From Candidatus Omnitrophota bacterium (lineage in GTDB: Bacteria > Omnitrophota > Gorgyraeia > Zapsychrales > Zapsychraceae): a stretch of 64,000 nucleotides of DNA. The position numbers and the translations under genes are program-made. The stretch is taken from NCBI GenBank assembly GCA_015233115.1, contig JADFYJ010000011.1:17824-81823 (forward strand), read 5' to 3'. This document shows, one piece after another, positions 38,755-46,953 of this stretch (position 1 is the first letter of the stretch; every line of letters begins with the position of its first letter). The notes under the pieces are model-generated. The model was not told the DNA's origin. It saw only the letters and a list, made by a program, of their open reading frames with translations, and did not search any database.

Positions 38755-39072
38755 ATGAGCCAGTTTGATGAACAGCAGATTGTTGACGGAAAAGTAATGG
38801 CTGTGCTTGCTTATTTGACCGTCTTATGTATTATTCCGTTATTGTTTCAAAAAAATAATGAGTTTGTTTTATATCATGGAAAACAGGGATTAGTCATTTT
38901 TGTCGCAGAAGTGGGAATTTTTATTCTGCATATTTTGTTAGGAGTATTGATTTTAAAGATCGGAATGTTTTTGATGCTATTGTTCTCCTTTGTAGGCATC
39001 ATCGCCGTCCTACAAGGCCGCCAGATCAATTTGCCGGTCATTTCAGAGATAGCGGAGAAGATTGTATTATAA
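38755..39072 (+). CDS. DUF4870-family small membrane protein
   Basis: It carries the motif AYLTVLCIIPLLFQKNNEFVLYHGKQGLVIF. Confidence 0.55.
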   Translation: MSQFDEQQIVDGKVMAVLAYLTVLCIIPLLFQKNNEFVLYHGKQGLVIFVAEVGIFILHILLGVLILKIGMFLMLLFSFVGIIAVLQGRQINLPVISEIAEKIVL

Positions 39073-39075
39073 AAT

Positions 39076-39113
39076 TGGTTGATGGTTTTTGGTTGATGGT
39101 TTTTGGTTATTGA
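39076..39113. repeat. tandem heptamer array, TGGTTTT/TGGTTGA family
   Basis: The sequence ttggttgatggtttttggttgatggtttttggttattg. It is the left arm of an inverted pair around the 39133 gene. Confidence 0.8.
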
Positions 39114-39132
39114 ATGGTGAAGGAAATTTTAA

Positions 39133-39489
39133 ATGTTTAGTTTTGAAAAATTGGAAGTTTGGCAGGAATCTTTAAAGTTAGTTTTAGAGATAAATAAACT
39201 GACCAAGATTTTTCCTAAAGAAGAAATGTTTGCGTTAAGTAGTCAAATGAAACGTGCTGTATTGTCGATTTCTTTAAATATTGCAGAGGGTTCGGGTCGA
39301 TCTACAAAGTTAGATTTTAAAAGGTTTGTTCAAATAGCTATCGGTTCAACTAATGAAACAGTTACGTGTTTATTTGTAGCAAAGAATCAAAAATATATTG
39401 ATGAAATTATTTTTTCACAATTTTATTTAAAATTAGAGTCAATTTCGAAGATGTTGTATTCGATGGAAAAATATTTAAAAGTCAATTAA
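39133..39489 (+). CDS. four-helix-bundle protein (23S rRNA intervening-sequence protein family, TIGR02436-like)
   Basis: 118 aa with the family-typical LEVWQESLKLVLEINKLTKIFPKEEMFALSSQMKRAVLSISLNIAEGSGR. Confidence 0.75.
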   Translation: MFSFEKLEVWQESLKLVLEINKLTKIFPKEEMFALSSQMKRAVLSISLNIAEGSGRSTKLDFKRFVQIAIGSTNETVTCLFVAKNQKYIDEIIFSQFYLKLESISKMLYSMEKYLKVN

Positions 39490-39490
39490 A

Positions 39491-39523
39491 TCAACAAAAA
39501 CCAACAACCAAAAACCATCAACC
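39491..39523. repeat. tandem heptamer array (reverse complement of 39076-39113), right arm of the inverted pair
   Basis: The sequence tcaacaaaaaccaacaaccaaaaaccatcaacc. Confidence 0.8.
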
Positions 39524-39528
39524 GATAT

Positions 39529-39711
39529 ATGAAATCTTTTCGTCGTCATCAAGAATTAGGTCAAAATCTTATTGAATATACTATGGTTTTTATTTTGGCA
39601 GTTCTCGTATTGATTGTTTTTTTGCGGCCTAAAGGACTATTTGTCAATCAGGTCAATAAATCCTTGGATCAGGCCGTCTCGTTTATTGGTCAAGAATTAA
39701 AGAAAAAATAG
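39529..39711 (+). CDS. Flp-family type IVb pilin-like small protein
   Basis: 60 aa. The G-x4-IEYT motif is followed by a hydrophobic helix (GQNLIEYTMVFILAVLVLIV). Confidence 0.5.
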   Translation: MKSFRRHQELGQNLIEYTMVFILAVLVLIVFLRPKGLFVNQVNKSLDQAVSFIGQELKKK

Positions 39712-39713
39712 GC

Positions 39714-40139
39714 ATGAAAAGTCTCGACAGTAATCAAAAAAATTTGACCCGCCGTTATCTCAGCTGGTGTTACAAGACCACAAAAGAAGATCTGGACCGA
39801 ATTGACCGCTATTTTACTCAATTGACAGTCGATGATTTTATTTTAAATAAACTGCGCGGTTCCAAAGAATTCAAAGTATCTGCGAACAAAGATTTTGCAA
39901 AATTAGTTAATGATTTCGGAGATTACCGGAATAAGAAAGAAGAGCGGGTTTTAGCGCAAAAATTTGAAAATCAAGCCCGTAAAGTTTTACAGCCGCAGTA
40001 TTTATACCTCCAAAAACGCTTTCAAGCCATTGAAGCCGCGATCGTTCATTTTTTAGGCGATAAAGAATTGAAAAAGATAATTGATGCTTATGAACGAGAA
40101 ATGACGACACGGATACTTCAATCAAGGGAACACAAATAA
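39714..40139 (+). CDS. hypothetical protein
   Basis: 141 aa and helical. Its start overlaps the previous stop codon. Confidence 0.5.
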   Translation: MKSLDSNQKNLTRRYLSWCYKTTKEDLDRIDRYFTQLTVDDFILNKLRGSKEFKVSANKDFAKLVNDFGDYRNKKEERVLAQKFENQARKVLQPQYLYLQKRFQAIEAAIVHFLGDKELKKIIDAYEREMTTRILQSREHK

Positions 40140-40143
40140 AGCG

Positions 40144-40240
40144 GTTAATGGTTGTTGGTTTTTAGTTTTTGGAAAAAAATCATAAAAAATATTTTTGAAT
40201 TAACAACCAAAAACCATCAACCAAAAACTATCAACCAAAC
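40144..40240. repeat. inverted pair of TGGTTTT-family heptamer arrays (40144-40172 and 40202-40240)
   Basis: The left arm is gttaatggttgttggtttttagtttttgg. The right arm is aacaaccaaaaaccatcaaccaaaaactatcaaccaaac. Confidence 0.8.
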
Positions 40241-40245
40241 TAATT

Positions 40246-40488
40246 TTATTTCAAATGACTTCGATACGCGTCCATTTTGCGTTCCTGGGCAGCTCTGGCG
40301 CGCTCTTCTTGCCTGCGGGTTTGTTCAATAAAATCTGCTTGTTGTTTGTCTATGGTCTCGATCTTTTCGCTATTACTCTGCGGGATATCTTTAAACCCTT
40401 TACGAATTAGCTGTGACGCGCCTTGAAAAACTAAAAGCGCGACCACTACGCATATAATTGTCATGCTTAGCCATTCAAAATCTTCCAT
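40246..40488 (-). CDS. small membrane protein (hypothetical)
   Basis: 80 aa with one TM helix and a charged helical tail. Confidence 0.4.
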   Translation of the reverse strand: MEDFEWLSMTIICVVVALLVFQGASQLIRKGFKDIPQSNSEKIETIDKQQADFIEQTRRQEERARAAQERKMDAYRSHLK

Positions 40489-40662
40489 ACGTACCTCACC
40501 GGTTATTTATTATATTTAACCATTTTTTTTAACTTTAGGGAAAAATATTTTGTTTTTTGAGGATTTTTTTTCCACGCTGTATTCTCCGACGGAAATCGGG
40601 TGAGAGGTAAGGCGGTGCGGTTCATTGACAAAATGCTTTTATGTGGCACACTTTAGACACTA

Positions 40663-40720
40663 TTTTTTAAATAGTAAATAGCAAATAGCAAATAGCAAAT
40701 AGTAAATAACAAATAACAAA
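40663..40720. repeat. tandem heptamer array, AAATAGC/AAATAAC family, upstream of giant gene 2
   Basis: The sequence agtaaatagcaaatagcaaatagcaaatagtaaataacaaataacaaaacc. Confidence 0.75.
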
Positions 40721-40774
40721 ACCAAAAATCAAAAACCACATTCATATAATCATTTTTCAACGGAGATTCAACTC

Positions 40775-43700
40775 ATGTTTTCTGCAAAAAAAGTTATTTC
40801 ATCTGTTTTACTGGTCGTTATTTCTTTAACCTTTACAGTGCCGCCGCAATATGCGCAAGCACAATTTGTATTGACGCCAAGCATTCCTGCGCCAACAAGT
40901 TACGTTCCTGTTATAATCAAGGGCGTAAATCTTAATCCGCAGAATCCGCTCAAGTTCGATTTTATTATCGACCGAGGAACTTCCTCCGCTGATTTGCCTT
41001 TGGCAAATCAAAGCGCGGAGGCTGCGTTTCGTTCCGAATCGCAGAAACTAATCCGCTACTTTTTAGCTTCTTTAACTATCCCCCAAAAAGATATGTGGGT
41101 TAACCTTTCGCCGAATGAGCCAGACAGAATTGTGCCACAAACTTTTGGTAACACAGAAATGGGCCGCGATTTATTAGCGCAAGATTTTATGCTGAAACAA
41201 CTGACAGCCAGTCTCATGAGCCCGGATGGAGAAGTGGGACGAAAGTTTTGGGATAAAGTCTACGCCAAAATTTACGAAACTCCCTCTCCCCTTCGGGGAG
41301 AGGGTAGGGTGAGGGGTTTAGAAATCCCCACCGACATTTTTAACAAAGTCTGGATTGTCCCATCTAAAGCCAAAATTTATGAACATGAAAAAGGTGCGTT
41401 TATTACAGATACAGCGTTTAAAGTCATGACAGAGCGCGACTATGTCGCGCAGACACAAGACACAGGACACAAGTCACAAGAAGGACAAGATGCTGTGACC
41501 TTACAAATAGTCAAAGATGTTATCATCCCCGCTATTGAACAAGAAGTCAACCATGGCAAAACTTTTGCTAACTTGCGCCAGATCTATAATTCTCTTATCT
41601 TAGCCATGTGGTACAAAGAAAAAGTTAAGAAAAGCGTGCTCGGCCAGGCTTACTCTAATAAAGAGAAGACTTCTGGTCTAGAAGTCGCCTCAAATGAAAA
41701 ACAAAAGATCTACCAACAATATCTCGACGCTTTCCGTAAAGGCGCGAGTAATGCGATTAAAGAAGAATATGATCCCAATACCCAACAAATTGTAGCCCGG
41801 AAATATTTCTCTGGCGGTATTCAAGCAGATCAGGCACAAATTTCATTAGCTACAAAAGAGGAAATGGACGCGGCTATGAAAGCTGCCATTGCCACGGAGA
41901 ATGTTGCGACGGTAATTCAGTTTGCAGGAGCCAAAGCCCCTGACGCGGCGATGACCAGCGAAATTGTTAAAGAAATAGTTAAAAGTTTTGTTGAAGATTT
42001 TAAAAGAAAGCGTCTACCTGGTGGTTTTAATTTTTCTGTTGATGCCCAACAAAGCGGAGAAGATGTTATAGTTACAATTGAACAAACTACCAGGTCTCTG
42101 CCCCCGATACTAATTCAAGATTTTTATCACTATGTTAGCTGGTTGACAAATAAATTTACTTCTCCAATTAAATTGACACCGATGGATAGTCTGAGTGCGT
42201 ATATGCGTAAATTTAAAATTTCCGACGCGGCGATGATGTCTGTAGAGAAATACAATCGGGTGATAAAAGATGCTGAGCAAGCTTGGGGAGGAGAATTGGA
42301 GCGAGCGGATCAATTGGTTGAGTTTTTGAAAAATCGATTTAATCCTGAAAAAGCTTTGGAATCAGGAGCGATTTTTATTCCCAGGGCTGTGGTGCAGAAT
42401 GAAGCGCGGATGGGTTTAACGCCTATTGGGATTAAACTGTTAAAAAGTTTAGGCATTAAAAATGAAATTTATGTCGAAGCTGCAGCAGGAATAAATCGGC
42501 AGAGTGGCAAGGTTTATTTCACGGATGCGTATTACATAAATGCTGGAGCAAAAATTTTGTCCCATGATGAATTTTATAAACGGGCGGAACAAGCAGATAA
42601 AAAAGTTGTGGTGAGCATTAAGGAACCGCAAGAATCAGAATACAAATTATTAAAAAACGCGCTGTTATTTACTTATTTGCATTTGGCGGATAGCCCTAAG
42701 TTGACTCAGGATTTGTTAAATTTATTAGCAACTGGTGTGGCGTATGAAACTATTGCTTTTAAAACGCCAGAGGGGATAACCAGAACTCCGGTGTTAGCTC
42801 CTGCCAGTATTGCCGCTGGGTGGGTCAGCGCGGCCCGTACTGCCGCATTTTTTGGGGGGATAATTAATGACGAAAGACAGCGTATATTTGCAGAATCATT
42901 ACAGTATTATGCCACTTCTGAAAATTTCCCTCTTAACTTGCGGAAAAGTTTAGAAGGAATAACTGTAACTGTTCTGGGCGGCGGAGTTGCCGGAGAAAGC
43001 GCAGCCATAACTCTCGCGAAAATGGGAGCAAAGGTTTATATCACAGAAGTTAATCCTAAAAGGATCCTGGAGTTAGAAAAGATAATCACTTCACAAGGAT
43101 TAGGATTAGCGATTACAGTTTTAAAAAGAGATCTTTCTGTTCCACGGGTCTTTGACCAATTTCGAACAGAATTGTTAGAATCATCCGCGATAATTGGCGC
43201 CGTTCTTATCCCCGGAGCCAAGGCGCCGAAAGAGATAGATGAATCAACATATGAAGCGCTGGTCAAAGGAGGAAAATTTAAATTTTTTGCTGATATAGCG
43301 ATTGATCAAGGCGGAAATAACGTCAGAAGTGTCGCGCGTAAATATCAAGATGGCTGGCCTATGGATGAAAATCGAGTCGGACAATTTACTGTGACAAACA
43401 TGCCCAGCGTTGTTCCTTTGCAGGTTTCATTTGGTTTGGAACGAGCCAAATTAGCGTATTTAGTAGCGCTTTTGATGGGCACACCAGAAGCGGTCAAGGC
43501 GTTTCCCGAATTAGAGCAGGGTGTGAACATCCGTAATGGCCAGATCACGAATAAGCCGGTCGGGGAAGCGGTTAGAATGGATGCTGTTTCATTAAAAGAA
43601 GCAGATGAAGCAATCGCGACAGTTGATGCGGCGATGACCGTAGACCCGTTTAATCTTACTACAAAAAATGTGGCGGAATGGGATAATATTCAACGGGCGA

Positions 43701-45784
43701 TAACTGATGATGTTATTTCTAACCGGGTCATTCCTTTAATTAAAGGCAGTTATTTGAAGGGGGTAGAAAAAAATCAGTTAATAAACACAATTCAAAAACT
43801 ACGGGAAATATCTTCGGTTGATTTTGAAAAAAGCAAAAAAGATAACCCGCTTCATCACAGTTTTATAGTTCTGGATATTGTGTTACAGATTGCTTTTGGA
43901 AAAAAATTATTCTATCCGGAAATTAAAAAACTGGCAGCTTTAGCCATTCTGCATGATTTAGGTTATGGCGCGTTAGAAGAAAGCAAAGGTCGTATCAGTA
44001 GTGGTAAGATTAAACAAATGATTAAGGATTATGAGCTTCAAAAGGATAGTTTATCCAAGGAACTGAGGGAGGAAAAAGTAGCGGCAATAAAAAAAGCCAT
44101 TCAAGGTGCTATTGATGCTAGAAATGAGCATATGGAAAAAGGCGTTTTTATAGCTCAAATATTGTTAGAGAAATTTAATAAAGAAGATTCTGATCCGGAC
44201 GATAAGTTTAGTCCTGAAGATATTAAGGAGATATGTGCGTTAGTCGGGATGCATGATAATCCTGGTATTGCTAAGACGTATGAAACTGAAGAATATAAAC
44301 CATATATATCTGGATCAGCTGATAAATTACTTATTGGTAAAGATAAGCAACTAGCGCTTATTTTTCGTGAAGCAGACAGATTGTGGATGCTTTCCTATGA
44401 AGGATTAATAAAGGATTTAATGGATAGTTTGCTTAAAGGTGACAACCCTCTCTCTGTTGAGAAACAGCTCGTCAATAATATCGCTGTATTTAGTGATGAA
44501 CGAAAGTCATACGATGCGACAGGTAAAGATTATGGCAATTTTAAAGGCGATACTTTCATTAGAACTGACACAGGTTATAAAATATATAAAGATTTTATCC
44601 AGGCATGGCAAAAGATAATCAAAGATCATGCTGCTTTAGTGAAGGCTTTTAAAATCCAAAGGTTTGATTTTAATAGAGCGACCGATACTGCGATGACTGC
44701 ATTTGAAGAGAAGAGACAGACTTTTAGAGATAATTTATTAGCTATAGTGCAAAAGGGCTGTCAACCTAGTGGACTCTCCATATTGAGAAAGCAAATAACA
44801 GAGTTTATCATTTTAGAACAAGATTCGCCGTATCTCTCCAGATTTTTATATAATTTTTTAAATGATCTAGTTGAATTGCATCAGTCTTTAAATGCTGACA
44901 AAGCCGATGCTTTATATTCCTTATTTCACAATTTAAATGACTGGGTGGCAGGAATAAAAACTAGTAATGGAGCCATCTTAATAGATTATTGGGTTGAGAC
45001 AGAAAACGGAAAAATGAAATTAGAAAAAAATAAATCATGGATCTATTCTCGCGATATAGTGATTAGGGATACGATTTTCTTAATTTTGTTACGTAATTTA
45101 TTGATCAACATGCCAATGACTGCAGATTTTAAAGAAACAAGTGCCGGAAAAATTCCTGATATGAAATCGGTTCTGGAAGTCGATAAAAATTTTAAGATGC
45201 AGCTTAATTTGCTTAAAGGAATTAATCCTCAAAAATTAAGCAGTCTTAAGAAAAATTTTGCAGGAGCCATATCGTCAATAAAGGCATGGTCAGAGGTTTC
45301 TGAAGTATGGGATAACGTTGAAGGCGTTGTCTCAATCGTCTCGTCTCCTTGTCAAGAATCCGCGAAACAATTGAATGATTTTTATGCAAGCATTCCCGAC
45401 AAGGCGATGACAGTGGATGAGGAAAATAAAACAGACGGTGGTATCGACTTAAACGCCGCGCAGTTTTCCGTTGGAGTTGATAAACAGGGAAAAGGGTTTG
45501 AATATAATGTGGATCCGGCTATGTTACAGCAATTCATCAACGCGCCGGGGGTTAACGCGATTATTACCAATATTCAGCCGATTACCAATTTGCCGGTGTT
45601 TTTGGGGTTGGCAGTGGGGAAACCCCGTAAAATCGCTTATGCGATCACGGGGTCGGAAAAAACTGATCAAGTCGCGCTTCAGCTTTCTTTATTGGATGTC
45701 ATGGATAGCTTGACGATAAGGTTCGGGTATGATACATTTATTTTGAAAAATAAGGAGGTCGATTGCCAACAATTTTGGTCGTAG
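40775..45784 (+). CDS. giant secreted modular protein (1669 aa), paralogue of 9745..16095, with alanine-dehydrogenase/PNT-like and HD phosphohydrolase domains
   Basis: The signal peptide ends in PQYAQAQ. The N-terminal domain and the C-terminal 50 aa are shared with giant gene 1. The centre has AlaDH-like blocks (FTYLHLA, GVAYETIAF, LGGGVAGESAA) and HD motifs (LHDLGYG, GMHDNPG). Confidence 0.8.
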   Translation: MFSAKKVISSVLLVVISLTFTVPPQYAQAQFVLTPSIPAPTSYVPVIIKGVNLNPQNPLKFDFIIDRGTSSADLPLANQSAEAAFRSESQKLIRYFLASLTIPQKDMWVNLSPNEPDRIVPQTFGNTEMGRDLLAQDFMLKQLTASLMSPDGEVGRKFWDKVYAKIYETPSPLRGEGRVRGLEIPTDIFNKVWIVPSKAKIYEHEKGAFITDTAFKVMTERDYVAQTQDTGHKSQEGQDAVTLQIVKDVIIPAIEQEVNHGKTFANLRQIYNSLILAMWYKEKVKKSVLGQAYSNKEKTSGLEVASNEKQKIYQQYLDAFRKGASNAIKEEYDPNTQQIVARKYFSGGIQADQAQISLATKEEMDAAMKAAIATENVATVIQFAGAKAPDAAMTSEIVKEIVKSFVEDFKRKRLPGGFNFSVDAQQSGEDVIVTIEQTTRSLPPILIQDFYHYVSWLTNKFTSPIKLTPMDSLSAYMRKFKISDAAMMSVEKYNRVIKDAEQAWGGELERADQLVEFLKNRFNPEKALESGAIFIPRAVVQNEARMGLTPIGIKLLKSLGIKNEIYVEAAAGINRQSGKVYFTDAYYINAGAKILSHDEFYKRAEQADKKVVVSIKEPQESEYKLLKNALLFTYLHLADSPKLTQDLLNLLATGVAYETIAFKTPEGITRTPVLAPASIAAGWVSAARTAAFFGGIINDERQRIFAESLQYYATSENFPLNLRKSLEGITVTVLGGGVAGESAAITLAKMGAKVYITEVNPKRILELEKIITSQGLGLAITVLKRDLSVPRVFDQFRTELLESSAIIGAVLIPGAKAPKEIDESTYEALVKGGKFKFFADIAIDQGGNNVRSVARKYQDGWPMDENRVGQFTVTNMPSVVPLQVSFGLERAKLAYLVALLMGTPEAVKAFPELEQGVNIRNGQITNKPVGEAVRMDAVSLKEADEAIATVDAAMTVDPFNLTTKNVAEWDNIQRAITDDVISNRVIPLIKGSYLKGVEKNQLINTIQKLREISSVDFEKSKKDNPLHHSFIVLDIVLQIAFGKKLFYPEIKKLAALAILHDLGYGALEESKGRISSGKIKQMIKDYELQKDSLSKELREEKVAAIKKAIQGAIDARNEHMEKGVFIAQILLEKFNKEDSDPDDKFSPEDIKEICALVGMHDNPGIAKTYETEEYKPYISGSADKLLIGKDKQLALIFREADRLWMLSYEGLIKDLMDSLLKGDNPLSVEKQLVNNIAVFSDERKSYDATGKDYGNFKGDTFIRTDTGYKIYKDFIQAWQKIIKDHAALVKAFKIQRFDFNRATDTAMTAFEEKRQTFRDNLLAIVQKGCQPSGLSILRKQITEFIILEQDSPYLSRFLYNFLNDLVELHQSLNADKADALYSLFHNLNDWVAGIKTSNGAILIDYWVETENGKMKLEKNKSWIYSRDIVIRDTIFLILLRNLLINMPMTADFKETSAGKIPDMKSVLEVDKNFKMQLNLLKGINPQKLSSLKKNFAGAISSIKAWSEVSEVWDNVEGVVSIVSSPCQESAKQLNDFYASIPDKAMTVDEENKTDGGIDLNAAQFSVGVDKQGKGFEYNVDPAMLQQFINAPGVNAIITNIQPITNLPVFLGLAVGKPRKIAYAITGSEKTDQVALQLSLLDVMDSLTIRFGYDTFILKNKEVDCQQFWS
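41452..41490. repeat. in-frame heptamer array (ACACAAG family) inside giant gene 2
   Basis: The sequence cagacacaagacacaggacacaagtcacaagaaggacaag encodes TQDTGHKSQEGQD in a linker. Confidence 0.6.
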
Positions 45785-45999
45785 GGCCTTATAGATTCTT
45801 TTTTTATTCAAGTGATGCGAATGAACCGATTCACGTTCATGTTCAGTCTGAAGACTCATCGGCAAAAGTTTGGGTTAAACCTTTACGACTACAATCATCC
45901 AAAGGGTTTAATCAGCGGCAGATAAGTGAAATTTTGAAAATTGTTGAAAGGCATATCCCTCTTTTTGAAAGGAAATGGCATGAATATTTTAAGTTTTGA
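45763..45999 (+). CDS. DUF4160 family protein
   Basis: The sequence MPTILVVGPYRFFFYSSDANEPIHVHV... overlaps the giant gene by 22 nt. Confidence 0.6.
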   Translation: MPTILVVGPYRFFFYSSDANEPIHVHVQSEDSSAKVWVKPLRLQSSKGFNQRQISEILKIVERHIPLFERKWHEYFKF

Positions 46000-46276
46000 G
46001 CATGAATGTCTTGCTACAAAGCTGTCTTTTTCCGAGGATTCTTTCACGGTTTATCTAAATGATGGACGCCATCTCACCATCCCATTAGCTTGGTATCCGA
46101 GGCTCCTCGCAGGAACTAAACAGGAACGTGAAAATTATGCACTGATTGGAGGCGGTGAAGGCGTTCATTGGTCTAAATTGGATGAGGATATACTTATCGA
46201 AGGGCTCTTAGCTGGACATCATTCTAAAGAAAACCAGAGTTCGCTCAAAAAATGGCTTCAAAAACGAAAAAAATGA
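45980..46276 (+). CDS. DUF2442 family protein
   Basis: The sequence MNILSFEHECLATKLSF... has an AAAGGAAA RBS and overlaps DUF4160 by 20 nt. This is the usual DUF4160-DUF2442 pair. Confidence 0.6.
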   Translation: MNILSFEHECLATKLSFSEDSFTVYLNDGRHLTIPLAWYPRLLAGTKQERENYALIGGGEGVHWSKLDEDILIEGLLAGHHSKENQSSLKKWLQKRKK

Positions 46277-46452
46277 ATGTTCGTGTCAGTGATATCGTGA
46301 GGATGTCTTTGAGAAAGTTTTTTACTTTGCTTCGGTTTAAGCATCTGCATAAAAAGACTGTTCGTTTTTCTCGTCAAGCAGGTTATATTTCTGAAACTGA
46401 TATTTTTAAACTGCAATGAAAATCGTTTTTGATTTCGATCCGGAATTTACAA

Positions 46453-46481
46453 TTGACTATTATATATACGGATAGTATAAT
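46453..46481 (+). promoter_or_regulatory. sigma70 consensus promoter for rpsO-pnp
   Basis: TTGACT, a 17-nt spacer and TATAAT, followed by a leader of about 185 nt. Confidence 0.65.
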
Positions 46482-46666
46482 GCGAACCTAACTGAGGGTT
46501 TGTCGCTGCATTTTAGACACTTGAAAAACGCTTATCTATGGCCTTTTCTCGTTTCCAGCAGGACTGCGCTGTACTTACATTAATTATTTGTAATCAAGGG
46601 ATTACGAAAAGGCAGAGCGGTTAAGATAGCCCACTGATAAACAAATGGTTGAAACAGGAGGAAAAC

Positions 46667-46936
46667 GTGGTTTTACAAAAGGATCAAAAACAGCAGGTTA
46701 TTGACGCTTACAAAACGCACACCAATGACACAGGGTCAGCCGTCGTGCAAATCGCACTTCTTTCGAGCCGGATTGAATATTTGGCGGATCACTTCAAGGC
46801 TCACAAAAAAGATTTCAATTCGCGTCGGGGATTGTTAAAAATGATCAGTCAGAGACGGCGCCTTTTGAGTTATCTTAAGAAAACAGATGCTCAGAAGTAT
46901 CAAGAGACAATTGATAAGTTAAACTTACGGAAATAG
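46667..46936 (+). CDS. rpsO: 30S ribosomal protein S15
   Basis: It carries the motifs [50 protein letters not shown] start is 5 nt after AGGAGG, and the ORF track extends to a TTG at 46649. Confidence 0.88.
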   Translation: MVLQKDQKQQVIDAYKTHTNDTGSAVVQIALLSSRIEYLADHFKAHKKDFNSRRGLLKMISQRRRLLSYLKKTDAQKYQETIDKLNLRK

Positions 46937-46953
46937 GAAAAAGCGAGGTTTGG

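Noticed and set aside
40640-40660. A possible sigma-54 promoter (TGGCAC) upstream of giant gene 2.
   Set aside because: Only the -24 GG element fits. The -12 TTGC element is absent (the sequence is TGGCACACTTTAGACA).
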